Made by a program: the position numbers and the translations under genes. This document shows, piece after piece, positions 51,860 to 64,000 of a DNA stretch of 64,000 nt. This stretch comes from Takakia lepidozioides (taxonomy: Eukaryota; Plantae; Bryophyta), in contig CM060732.1 of the NCBI GenBank assembly GCA_030704615.1, positions 54,746,001 to 54,810,000 of the forward strand, written 5' to 3'. The notes beneath the pieces were generated by a model. It saw nothing but the letters and a program-made list of their open reading frames with translations. It did not search any database and was not told the origin of the DNA. The first letter of the stretch is position 1, and the number at the start of each line of letters is the position of its first letter.

Positions 51860-54800
51860 AAATGGGTGGGCCCGTTGGAGAATGATTCTAAGGAAAACAA
51901 GGCATACTATCAAAAGCACCTTAGGCATGCATCGTTTTTGTTTTGAATCGTTGCCAATCAAGTGAGATCTTTTTCTTTGCTGCATCCTTACAGGCATAGT
52001 CCTGGTAGGATCAGGATTTAGAGGGGAGATTATGATTTTAGCACAAAACTCTCAAATGGATGATGCAAGAGAGGAGGAAACTTACTACGGAAATAACACT
52101 TACTTGCTGTTGTTAGCCCTTTTTTTGTAGGGGGGTGGCTCGCCAGGTTTGTAGCTGCTCACAGTACTTTTTGGCGACAACTCAGGAAGTGTGCGATGAC
52201 TCTTTGTTCCTTTCATAACTTTTGAGCCTTTCAAACTCTGAGCCTGCAAACAGTGAGTGCTCTTGTGAAGTGTCGATGGTTTGTGCAAAATTAGCTATAG
52301 TGCAGACAGGGGGATAAGGGAGGTAAAATGAACACCTGCAAAATCGGGGAGCGTTTTTGTTGGTATGGCTAATTACACACAAAACTCTGCTTGCTTTGAC
52401 TTTGTGGCAATAGACCTTGCCACACCTGGTTTGGATGGAGCAGAACAGGTGGGAAAAGCAATGTGTGCCGCTACCGTGCAGAGGGCTTGCTCCAGTGGTG
52501 GGCTTACCTCTAATATGTGAAGTTGATGCTGGTCTTTCACATTTTCTCAGAGAGCTCTTTACACCACACATAGAAAGGGAAGAAAGCAGAGCTGGGGGGG
52601 TGATGAAGTAACAACAGAGACAGAGAAGGCAGATCATTGAAACCCTAAAAAAGAACTCATTTTCATACCTTTGGAGTGTGCAAGCGTTGATTGCTTCGGA
52701 AATTGGCAGCATGGGTGGGGCCAGGGATCTTGGGGGAGAGCATGGACAAGTTGGAGCTGTTTTTAATAGGTGGCAGCACATGGGTGGACTCCGTTCCACA
52801 CCCCTGAGTGTTGTCCCTTTGTGGGGGCCCTGCTTCTGGGGCCATGTGATTGGAAACTGCTGAACCCACTGAGGTTAGTGTGGCTGGGCTCTGCACATCT
52901 GCAAAGTTGGAGAGAGGGGTCAAGTCCCCATCTCGTGCTGCCTCTTTTTCATCCTGCAAGTTCAGTACAAATTAACAAGGTCAGCTGCAGAATCCTTGCT
53001 TAACACGTTGCTCAGGACCATAAAGTTTTGGGTTTAGAAACACCCTGCGAAATGATAGACCCTCAGACATGACAACAAGAAATGAAAAATGAAATGAAAT
53101 GGCACTTTATAACGTCTGGGGAAACCTCATAGAGCTTATGGGACAAAATGGAAGAAAACATGAGAGAGGAAACAAAACCAGAGCCAAAAATAAGAAACTA
53201 TTGCTCAAGTGATTGTCTAAGGGTGAAGGCCTCGTGCAGGTAAGCTGCCAAGCATTTCTGATCCTCATAGAGTCAAAAGCCATGTCTGTTGCCATGAGAT
53301 TGTCTGATGAAAATGAAGTTAGGCAGAAAACTTCCCTGAACTTGTTTCCAGTCAGTGACATGGGGGAGGACATCTTGGATGACCTCAAGGGTCTACCCAC
53401 TCTCGGCACTAGACTGAAATTTAAACTCAGGGCAGGAAGCCTGCCTTTGAACAGCAAACAGAAGCAGAGAGGAAAGGGAGAGTGCAATTGCCCGTTGTGT
53501 GGGCAATCTGAAGACAGTATTCATTTTCTGATACACTGTCCAGGGTTCTCTCACCAAAGAGACACTCTCTTCAAATCTATCAAGGGAATTGTGCCTGTAC
53601 CCCTGTTTACCAACTTTGAAAGTCTCGAGGCAGAGCCAAAAGCCCAGGCCCTCCTGAGGCCTAGTTTTTGGGCAAATCACACACAGCAGATTGATGCTTG
53701 TGTGAAGGGATTTCTAGAGGTTATCTGGAAAACCCGGATTAATTCTATATATGAAGGTAAGTCTTACTACCAACGTCAGCCCCTGACCGAGGTAGGTTCT
53801 GTCCCTTTTGTTCCCACTCAAACTGGGCGCGGGGTCAATGGCCACAAGGCTACGGCAAACAACGTCTTATGAGTACAATCTTTATTACGGCCAATGTCAG
53901 TAAGGCAATCAAGAAGCTGCAAAATGGCAGAGCAGTGGACATTTCAGGACTTCAGAGTGAATCATCAAGCATGCTGCCCCTGCTTTAGCCCCTTTTATAG
54001 CTAACCTCTTCAATGAGGTAGTGCAACGGGGCTTTCCAACAGAGTGGACAAAGAGCATCATCCACCCACTCTTCAAGAGCGGTGACAGGCTCGCACCGAC
54101 CAACTATCGTACTATCATGGTGTCCTCAGTACTTGCTAAACTGTTTGGGGCAGTAGTGGCCATGATTGGGCTGAGTCCTCTCGCATTCGTGCTGAGGGAC
54201 AGGCTGGTTTCCGTCGCAACAGATCCACTATTGACCACATCTTCACTCTTCAGGTTATAACAGGGCTGCCCCCTTTCACCTACCCTGTTCGGGATCTACA
54301 TTGACGCCTTGGAGAATTACATATCAAAAAACCATGGGGTTGGGGTACCATTGGATGGGGGACCAACACAATCAGATTTCCTCTACGCTAATGATGTTGC
54401 CCTTTTGGCACAATCCCCGGTCTTCCTGACGCCATCTCAAAATTTTGGAACAGTTCTGCAAAGACTATGGGATGCAAGTCAATCTTAGCAAGACCAAGAT
54501 CATGGTCTTCAATGGCCAGGCTGATCGTAGATTCATCTTCAACCAGCAGGAAATTGAGATTGTGAAATCATACCGGTACCTGGGTCTGGCTATCCACTCC
54601 CCCAAGTTTCACTTTGCAGCCACTGCCTTGGACAGATTGACTAAAGGTAAGGCGGCCTCCGTCCGCCTTCAGGCCAAATGCAAGCAAATACATCTGCGTC
54701 ATCCCCCGACAAAAAAGTGGCTGTTTGACACCGTCGTCAGCCCTGCTACCATCTATGGTTGTGAGTTCTGGGCATCTGGTGTCCCTGTCTCCTGGTGGGA

Positions 54801-57800
54801 AAAGAATTTGGAACCATTACAAGTCATCTTTTCTCCAAGCAATGCTTGGCGCCAGGAGCACAACTCCATCTCAGATCCTAGGTGCAGAGTTCGCATGTGT
54901 ACCATTGCAATCCGAGGCCCTCTTCCGGCTTACAATCTTTCTCCATAGATTACAGGCCCTTCCACCCAAGGGGCTCGTGGCAAGGGCCCTCACAACATCT
55001 ATGAGGCTCAAAGCTGCAGGTTTCAGGAACTCCTGGTATGCTCGAGTGGACAGTTTATTTCAACGTAACGGACTTTCTACTGCTTTCCTATTACCAATGA
55101 ATCCAGATGAGGTGGACATCACATCCAGACATGACCGCAACAGACTCATTAGGAGAGAGCTTATGGAATTACATGTCAAGAGAACTTGGAAGCTACCCAA
55201 TCTCACGACAAAGCTCCACTTCTATCGAGAGACATTCTTGGTGCTCCGCGATGATAGAATCTTGAGACCAAATTACCTTTCAGCATCCTTATCTCCTTCC
55301 CTCCTGAGGGCATTGGGGCGGTTCAGGGTGGGTTCCCACAACCTACGGATAGAGACTGGCAGATGGGAAAACCTGCAACGGGAGAACCGCCTATGTCCAG
55401 CTTGCATAGGGCGCAGCAAGGAAATTGAAACTGAAGAACACTTCTTCTTCTACTGCCCTCTGTACTACGAGATCCGTGGGAGATTCCACTGTTTATTCAG
55501 TGGAACCCAAACTCTCACTGATGTCTTCCACTATGAGGATCAAAAATGCTTGGCAGCCTACCTGAACGAGGCCTTCACCCTTTAGACAATCGCTAGAACA
55601 TTAATTGTGGTTTCTGGATTTGTTCCTCTCTCATGTTTTCTTCCATTTTGTCCCATAAGCTCTATGAGCTTTCCGTGGACGTTATAAAGCACCATTTCAT
55701 TTCATTTCATTTCTCCCCATGTTGGTCTACCGTCTGCCTTTGGGTCTCCTGTTGTTACAAAACCATCACAGATTTTATATGCTGAGTTTGCTCGTGTACC
55801 CCTTGACATCAAAGCCATCTTCCGACTTACTATCTTCCTGACAAGTTGTGAACCCTACCATCCAAATGGCCGTGGGCCCTGCTGGCAACCTCTATGAGAC
55901 ACAAAACCGCTGGTTTCAAGACCTCTTGGTATACTCAGGTTTCCAACTTCCTTGAATTCCATGCCATTTCATTATTTCTTCTCCCTCTACTGTATCCCAC
56001 GTACCCTTCAGCTTGACATGGATATAATAGTAGTTCTTCTCTTCCTCCTTGTCTCCAGTTCTTCAAATATCACAACCAACTTTAGGGAACCAATGGATCA
56101 ATAATGAAGTTACCGGGCCCCATTCTGCTCTCCTCTCATCCCTCCCCTCCCCACATTTTCTGCTCTGTCCCAACTTTGCAATGGTTCTGTTCCAACAATA
56201 TGGCAAGCAGTGTTCTTTCACTACAGCCTCTAAGTCAGATTTATCCAGCAGGGTCAAGACTTGCGGCTCCAGGTCCAGGTCCTTGAGAATCTCTTCTACT
56301 CTCTTCTGCCAGGACTTAGCCTGTTTGACAGGGCGGTCCTGTTTCCAAGATATAGAGTCGATTAACTTAGGATATCTGGTGTTGGGCATATGTTGCAGCT
56401 GACCCCACCATCTGACCTTGAATTCATCTCGTCGGGAGCTTAAGGACGGAATGCCAAACTCACCCCGAACAGCCACATTGGCTGTTTTGGAGCATGCTGA
56501 CATACACTCCTTAAGCACCCCCACTTGAATGGATTCTAGAGACTTAGCCTGGTTGGAGTTATCAACCCATAGTGCAGATCCGTACTCCAAGACAGGTCTA
56601 ATAACGCGACAAAGCATGGTTTTCTTAACCTCAGAGTTGACCCCTCTGCAGTGGAAAAATTTAGTGAGCCCCAGAGCTTTGCCCTTGCCAGTTTGAACAA
56701 CTTTCCGGATATGTGCATCCCAATTACAATTGGAGGAAAACTCAACGCCCAGGTAAGTGTAGGAAGGGAGGACCGGGATCTCTTGGCTACCCCACTGCCA
56801 CTTAAGATCACTTCCTCCCTCTCCTCTGTCGTTGAATGCTACAACTGCACATTTGCTGACATTAGCCTCTAACCCCCAAAGATCAAAGTATCTCTTCGCG
56901 CAATCAATCAACTCCTGGAGATTGGTTGGAGTCTCCCCTATGCCTGCGAAGTCATCCGCAAACATAAGGGCTGGTATGGTGGTATCACCCACCCTTAACC
57001 CAAATCCCTCACTTTCCACATCCTCGAGGAGTTGATTGATGAAAACATTGAAGAGCAGAGGGGAGAGAGTACATCCTTGAGCTACGCCTTGGTCTATGTC
57101 AAAGAAGTTGGACTTCTGTCCGTTAACAGTGACACAGCTTTTGGTATGAGCATACAAGTTGTGGACAACTCTCCACATCTTTCCCTTGATCCCACAAGAC
57201 CAGAGGCGGAACCATAGGCCATCTCTCCACACTGTGTCATAAGCCTTTTTGACATCCAGGAAAAAAACATAAGTGGGTTTCCCTTCTTTTTTCCTTCCCT
57301 GGATAATCTGGCTTAGAGTGAAGATATGATCCACACAGCCCCTGTTTCGCCGAAAGCCAGCTTGGCCTTCGTGGAAACAACCTCTCTCCAGATCAATCTC
57401 GAGACGAGTACTTATAACTCTGCAGAATGTCTGCCAACAGCATTGAGGAGCGTGATGCCACGGTAGTTCCCTGGTTCTTCTCTGTCACCCTTCTTGTATA
57501 GATTGACAATGACCCCCTGTCGCCAGCGAAAGGGGATCATTTCAGTCTTACAGATAAGGTTAAAGAGGAGAACTAGGGCCTCTATCATGGGATCGCCACC
57601 GTGCTTGATAAGCTCGTTGACAATACCATCAGGTCCACCAGCTTTATATCCATTTAAATGTTCAATTGCTTCCACAATCTCAGAAGAACTAATGGGAGCG
57701 TTATAAGCCATTGAAATATACTCCAGTTCATCAGGGCTGTTTTGAATCATAGGAACAGTTTTTCCAACTGTGTCCCTCCATTCAGCAGAAGACCCCTCAC

Positions 57801-60800
57801 TGTTAGACCTAGAAGTTCTGCCAAGGATACTGTAGTGAGTTTCAAAGGTTTTGACAATGTCAACCGATGAAGTCACTACTGCACCTTTAGTAGTCTTCAG
57901 CGCTTGTGCTTGCTGACCATTTTTCGGCTTGTACAAACGTTGAAGGGCCAACCAGAATTTCTTGTCATTACCACCATGGTGGTTTGAGTTTATTTCACTG
58001 TATAACTTGTGCCAGTATAATTTCTTCTGAGACCTAACAAGCTGATGAGCTGGTAGTACCTCGCCCACAATTCTCTGTTGGTTTTCAAATTGCAGCACTC
58101 TTTATAGAGGGCTCGTATCTCAGCTATCTTGAGTTTAATCTCATTGGTCCACATTAACAGCTCTACCGCAGACAATTAGTTTCCTCCCAATGATCTTGTC
58201 AGCCACGGAGGAAACGAAACTCTCCCAAGAGTCCACTGCTCTTTCAACTTCATTTCTTGCATTGTCAGAGCGAGACTGAAGTTCTTAGAGCGATTGGACA
58301 AAATGAGGGAGAGCCTCTTGCAAGGCCTGGACGTACTCAGCCTTGACCTCCTCATTATGGAATTTTTCTATGCGCCACTTCCGAATCGAACGTTTCACAG
58401 ATCTCTTGGTGTTGGGAAAACACCTTTTGATCTCAGTCCAAACCAGGAAGGGTCAGAGGTACCAATATCAGTTCTGTCGATCAACACATGGCACACTGGG
58501 GGAACAAATTTTGTCCATTATGATATAGTCCACAATGGAACGTTCCCCAGTTTGGGATTTCGCACGAGTCCACTGCACTTGGTCACCTCTTGTCCTGTTA
58601 TTCAAGGTCAAAAGCTGAAGCTCTTCCAGACAGTTAATTAACCGTCTGCCATTAGAATTCAGCTCGTCCTCACCAAAAGGCCCAATGATATCGTCCTGAT
58701 GGAGCCCTTTGCCCACCCGGGCATTGAAGTCACCCAATAGCACCACCTGACCTTTGGCAAGGAACGAAGCACAGTCCAGCTTTACATCTTCGAAGGCTTT
58801 GTCTGCGTCAGTACTAAGGGTCCCCTCTGTGGGCATGTAAACACAACCCACAAAGAGGTCCTTCGTACTCATGCTGCCCTTCAGATTCAGTTCTAGCCAG
58901 ATACTATGCTCGTACCTCAAACCCTTGTTGATAATTTCACAATTGTCAAACAAGAAATCACGGACAAAGAATCCAACCCCTTTTTGACCGCGTTTGGCAG
59001 AGGCTGCCTTGAGAGTACACATCTTACCTGCCCATTTATAACCATTGACATCTCCACCAGTTTATCCGATGTTTCCCATGTTTCTTGCCCAGCACAGATA
59101 TGAATATCATTAGTCCGAAGAACTTGTCCCACTTCGAGTTGTTTCCTTTGGTTGGTCAACCCTGAGAAGTTGAAAGTGGCCAGCCGCAAGCCAGCCCTTT
59201 GCATGTGAATTGTTTGTCGTCTAGGTAGCTTGTGATTGCTCCTGGACGGCCAACCGTTCTGCAAAGGGGGACAGTTACCCCATGTGTAGATTTTGCTCGT
59301 CTTGTGTAAACTTTGAGAATTGGTAAACCATTCAGGGTACCAAATCCTTCAGTTACACAATGCACAGGCTCCGCACACATGGGGACAGATTGTCCGTCAG
59401 ACTGCTTGGGGACAATTACCGTGTATAGATTTTGCTCGTCTTGTGTAGACTTTGAGGATTGGTAAACCATTTAGAGTACCAAATCCTTCAGTTACACGAC
59501 GTTCAGGCTCTGCACACTTAGGGACAGATTGTCCATCTGACGGCTTGGGGACAATTACCCCGTGTATAGAATTTGTTCGTCTTGTGTAAACCTTGAGGAT
59601 AGGTAAACCATTCAGAGTACCAAATCCTTCAGATTCAGGACGTTCAGGTTCCGTACACTTAGGGGCATCTTGTCCTTCTGGCTGTTTGGACTCAACCTCA
59701 TCCAGAGCATCAAACCGATTAGAAACTCTCAAGTTGAAGTCCTTGCCCTTGGTTGTCTTCGCCCCATTGAATCACCAATGTCTAAGACCGCTCTCCAGCC
59801 AAGGGACGAACTTCTTTGAGATTGAATTGATGTGGGACTCTATTAGAAGCACTTTTGGTCATTGCAACCTTCAACGTACCCCTGTTATCAAGTCTCGAGA
59901 TGGAACCATTAGCCATGAAATCCAAGCCTAAGCTAGAGCATGTAGTTTTAAAGGACACATCGTCCATCCTGGGATTCACCCCAAAAACTACACATGAAGC
60001 CCTAGATTTGGCATAAGTAACCAATTCCCAGGAATCACCCTGAGGAGTGTTGATGTTAATAGGAGGTAAAATTTTGATTGTGGTCGCAGGCTATAAGTTT
60101 AAGCACAGGATCCAACCCGAGCCCAAGTGCCGAGTATGCTAGACAGAGCATACGACTGCCCAATTTGGGCGGAGGGGCTGCCCCCAAGCGATAGGGGTCC
60201 GCTTGTTACCATTCAGAGATCACACTCCAGGGAGTTGCAGGGAATGGCCCGTGTAGGCATATTCTAAAGAGGGAAAGGCCCCAAGCTTTCCAACTAAATC
60301 CAATGCTACCTGGAGCAAAGCGCTTCAGGTCGAAACAAACAAGGACACGAGGTCACAAGGCCGGCATTTAGTCACAGAGACATTAATGTACTCCCGTATC
60401 AAGTCCAACCAATGGCAATAGGCTTCCTAGAGGACAGGGAGAGATTGGCCGTAGTAAAGAGAGAGAAGTGAAGGGGTTTAGAGGTTATAGGAGAGGGAGT
60501 GTGGGTTGGGGAACGGTACAAAGACTGTGCATACTCATGCCAGACGTGAATGTCAGTGATTGGGGGAGGGTCTCTATGAGGTTTAAGGAGGGACCAAAAA
60601 GAACAAAAGAAAACAGGAAACCAGAGTCAGAGAAAAGAACTATTGTTCGAGTGATTGTCTAAGGGTGAATGCCTCGTGCAGGTAGGCTGCCAAGCATTTC
60701 TGATCTTCATAGTGAAAGACTTCAGTGAGAGATTCGGTTCCACGGAATAGATAATGGTATCTCCCACGGATCTCATAGTATAGAGGGCAATAGAAGAAGA

Positions 60801-63800
60801 AGTGTTCTTCAGTTTCAATTTCCTGGTTGCGCCCTGTGCAAGCTGGACAGAGGCGGTCCTCCCGCTGCAGGTTTTCCCATCTGCCAGTGTCTATCCGTAG
60901 GTTGTGGGAGCCCACCCTGAACCGCCCCAAAGCCCTCAGGAGAGGAGAACAGTCCTCAACCTCCCTCCATTGACAGTTCCTTCACAATTAAGCATGACAA
61001 GTTAAGCTCAAGTGGAAGCTCCCCTACCTCCTTGGCAACCTTGGAGGTGCCTGTGATGGTTGGTAGCTGCAAAAAGCTGGCCATGGATTGAGGAGAGGTG
61101 GTGGTGCTCTGGTTGGTCACAGCCTTCTCATTGATACTCATCTTCACTGCATCACCAATACGCTGCTTTGCGCTCATCGTCTCCTGTGCAATCAGCCTGT
61201 TTCATTCCATGCCATCACCGCATAGGAGTGTGAGCCAGTTTATGCATAGGGGTCCTCCTGTATTTGCACATGTATTGGCAATTTGTGTACTGCGGCTTGT
61301 GTTTATTACGGCGAAATACCTCATTTCCTACGTCCTCCCTAAACATCAGGTATGGGTAGCAAGCTTTGAAGACAGCATCGGCAATGCACTTATGGGGCCC
61401 AAAGCACACATACTATGAATGGAAACTTTTGAAAATCTGTCGGAACAGTATTGTGGGATGCATAGAAACTACAAATTAGCAAAAGAGAAAGGTACCTGGG
61501 GGAGGGCCGGAGGCTATGGCTGCGATTGGCATTAAGAAACGCCTGCTGTATCTTATCCTTCTCTCGAAGCTCCTTGAAATAAATATGCCTGAGGGCTTGC
61601 CTCGCGGACAACCTAGGGAGGTAATGGAACAAATTACTCAGTACTGTTGCCGCCACAGAGATGCTATTGATGTAATGTGATATAATGCCAGCATGGGTGG
61701 CAATCTGAATACGGATTGCATGACTCTTCCACAGTCAAAACATCCCATGTCAGATTGAACTTCACCCTTGATGCTAACACTTTCAGGGATGGCATTGAAA
61801 AAGGAAGGGCAGAAGTACCGGTCATCCGGGTTGTAGGCAAGCAACTTGTTGAGCAGTTCGACACAGGCAGGTGAAGCATGCGGAATCAGGCGTGCAATTC
61901 CAGTGCCATCCTGCTGGGGAAACTTGAAATCCGCGTGCTGTGACCTCCTGTGGCGGGTATATCATTCCCTTGAATTAGCACTTTCATCGTTCGGGAGAGA
62001 GTGGAAAGCACAGAGATGTGGAAACCAAAGAACAAGAGAAAGAACAGAAGAAGAGATTATCTTACATTCACTGGAGGCAGAAGGCTAGACCATAAGATGG
62101 TTGATATGAGCAAAACCCAAACACGACTTGAACTTCTGAGGGACTTGATAATCTCCCCGAAGACCAAGATATAGGAAGAGACTGTATTCATACTTGGTTC
62201 TTATTGCCGTAGACTTGTGGCCATAGACCCCGCGCCCAGTCCGGGCGGAGAAAGAGGACATAGGCAGAGAGAAATGAAATGAAATGAATTGGTACTTTAA
62301 GAAGGAAAAGGAGACTTTGTAGCATCCGTGGGGAGCTCAAAGAGCTTATGGGGCCAAAGAAAACAGAACACAAGAAACAAATAGGGGCCCTTAATATGCA
62401 GCCTGGAAATCAACATCGAGAGATTCTGTAAGCTGGAGAGCCTCATGAAGATCTGATCCTCGTAGTGGTAGACCTCTGTCTTCTCTGAATAGACAGTAGT
62501 AGCTGCCCTAGGGTTTTTAGTAGAGCGGATAGTGAAAGAAGAAATGTTCTTCAATCTGAAATTCAAGCCTAACTTCTTTACCTAGGACATGAAGTACTCA
62601 TAAGACTTTGTTTGCCGTAGCCTTGTGGCCAGTTTGGGCGGTACAAAAGGGACCAGAAACTACCTTTGTGAGGGGCTCACTCCAGCAGTATGACTTACCT
62701 TGATCCAAACAAATAGTTCGGGATTTTCAGATATCCCCTAGGAAGCCTTCACACAAGCATCAATCTGCTGTGTGAAGCCCAGAAACATAAAGTGTAAGAG
62801 AAATGAGATGAAATGGTGCTTTATAACATCGCGGAAAGCTCATACAGCTTATGGGACAAAATGGAGAGAGATACAGATAAAGGATACAGAAATGAAATGA
62901 AATGGTGCTTTACAACGGATAAAGGATACAGAGAGATACAGGAAATTGACGGAAGAAAATAAAATAAAATTCTATAACAAATTAGATCTTGGCAAATGGA
63001 ATGGCATAACCAATTATGCAGCCTCAAAATTCTGGCCTACTTGACATTGTACATCAAATCAAGTAGATAGAGAAAAGCAGAGTAGCAAGGATACCTCTTC
63101 ATCTTTTCCAGCAACTGCGTGGGCGGCGTGCCTAAAATTTTGTGGATTTTCTGTATTTGGTCTAGCTCATTGTTGCCTGCCAATAGGGATAAGGCCTAAA
63201 ATTATAATCCTTCCTCAAGAATCTGTGTAGCAGGATTCCCATATCTAAGTAATCACTACTTCAGATTTTTAGTCTGCTGAAAACAAAACTGCATGCATAG
63301 CAAGCTACAAACCTGCATGCAGAGTAAGCTACAAACGCATTCTGTTCTTTCAGCTGCGGATTATCCGGACTGCAGGATGACCTGTTGTTGGAATTGAAGC
63401 ATGCCAGCCGTGGCTATGGCTTCATGAAATCTCCTCTGCTCTTTACCAAACAACCTTCTCGTCTTCTAATAGTGGGATTGGTAGTACTTTCATTTTGTGG
63501 GTAATGTTATGGTATGTCATCATTTGCAGGAAACTGCCCAATGGAATTTTACTGCTGGCACCTGATTCCTTGCAAAAGTCATGTGCCCTTACTAGCACAC
63601 TGTTGCCAAGGACCACAACGTGACCTACGTTACAGAGTTCAATCTCAACAAATGCTGAAAGGGATTGTAAGATGGTGAAGGCTGGGAAAGCAGACCTGGA
63701 AAGAGGGGAAAGAGGCTGACAATCTCAAAGAATACACAGCCCACACCCCACATGTCCATCTTGTAGTTGTAATACCCGTCTGTCAACAAGCACTCTGGTG

Positions 63801-64000
63801 CCCGATACCTTCACTCCACCATCCACACAAAATCTTCCTTGACAGTAGTACTTGGAATTGCAATTCATTGATTCATACTCTTGAAAATGTATCTTATGCT
63901 TGAATCTACAAACACTGTGTTGCCTGATGCCTGCCCCATTCAATCCATGGATTCTTTCAACATTTGACACTGCGTTACCCTTGTGATTCACGATTTTCTG
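51860..64000 (-). CDS. MOK: MOK/RAGE (Chlamydomonas LF4-like) protein kinase, 3' portion; the 5' end lies beyond the window
   Basis: Phase-compatible exons: 63808-63696 (YRAPECLLTDGYYNYKMDMWGVGCVFFEIVSLFPLFPG), 63176-63095 (NNELDQIQKIHKILGTP), 61947-61819 (DFKFPQQDGTGIARLIPHAS...LLAYNPDDR) and 61612-61496 (LSARQALRHIYF). Tail exons at ~61183-61028, ~52953-52669 and down to ~51860 are less certain. Confidence 0.85.
53085..53270 (-). mobile_element. 3' end of LINE family A
   Basis: EDQKCLAAYLHEAFTL, 3' UTR and ATTTC tail on the minus strand. Confidence 0.9.
53271..53865 (+). mobile_element. 3' end of a second LINE ORF2 (probably family B) with CCHC-like motif
   Basis: RLKFKLRAGSLPLN...CPLCGQSEDSIHFLIHC. 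The terminal GGCCACAAGGCTACGGCAAAC recurs on the minus strand at ~62205-62245 and ~62610-62775. Confidence 0.75.
53870..55712 (+). mobile_element. LINE family A (RTE/RTEX-like), 5'-truncated and internally deleted ORF2 with intact 3' tail
   Basis: PTNYRTIMV, QAGFR..STIDHIFTL, LYANDV, YRYLG, RFRVGSHNLRIETGRW..CPAC..ETEEHFFFYC and (ATTTC)n. A further degenerate piece follows at ~55713-56000. Confidence 0.9.
56100..60400 (-). mobile_element. LINE family B: ORF1 region, APE endonuclease and reverse transcriptase; frameshifted, 3' end missing
   Basis: ATFNFSGL, GQETW, VLLGDFNARVG, SIVDYI, YRGITLL, FLDVKKAYDTVWR, GVAQGCTLSPLLF and LMFADD. The 5' boundary is approximate. Confidence 0.92.
59267..59670. 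repeat. ~140-bp tandem repeat (about three copies) upstream of the LINE B endonuclease
   Basis: EGFGTLNGLPILKVYTRR is encoded three times on the minus strand. Confidence 0.9.
60590..60945 (-). mobile_element. 3' fragment of LINE family A
   Basis: ORF 60640..60930 is nearly identical to the C-terminus encoded at 55315-55585. Confidence 0.92.
62195..62990 (-). mobile_element. Cluster of short 3' tails of LINE families A and B in a MOK intron
   Basis: GAAATGAAATG..GGT(A/G)CTTTA tails at ~62270, ~62800 and ~62890; family B ends at ~62205 and ~62610. Confidence 0.8.

Overview
Nuclear DNA of a land plant, most likely a seed-free lineage with flagellated sperm such as a bryophyte. This is inferred from a MOK/LF4 ciliary kinase, a PLS-class PPR-DYW editing factor and a beta-tubulin with the plant two-intron layout. 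The left half (1-31 kb) is mostly transposon and pseudogene debris. (i) A LINE ORF1 is split by a CACTA-like element (two identical 19-bp ends, AGA target duplication) and rearranged by an inversion. Between the ends lies a decayed cluster of PPR repeats and tandem OSB-type PDF motifs. (ii) A Copia relic lies in pieces on both strands. (iii) A ~9.4-kb Ty3/Gypsy element has a C5-cytosine DNA methyltransferase domain in frame between protease and RT, and a PHD finger after the integrase; its RT/RNase H core is deleted. The right half holds four host genes: a two-exon PPR-DYW gene (-) with half a PDF motif at its N-terminus, FANCM (+, with an AT-AC U12 intron), beta-tubulin (+) and the 3' part of a MOK/LF4 kinase (-). 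An ~8-kb intron of the kinase is filled with LINEs. The best candidates for new biology are the methyltransferase+PHD retrotransposon in an embryophyte, the PDF-PPR(-DYW) fusion family, and possible CACTA capture of PPR modules. All calls come from reading motifs by eye; no database search was run.
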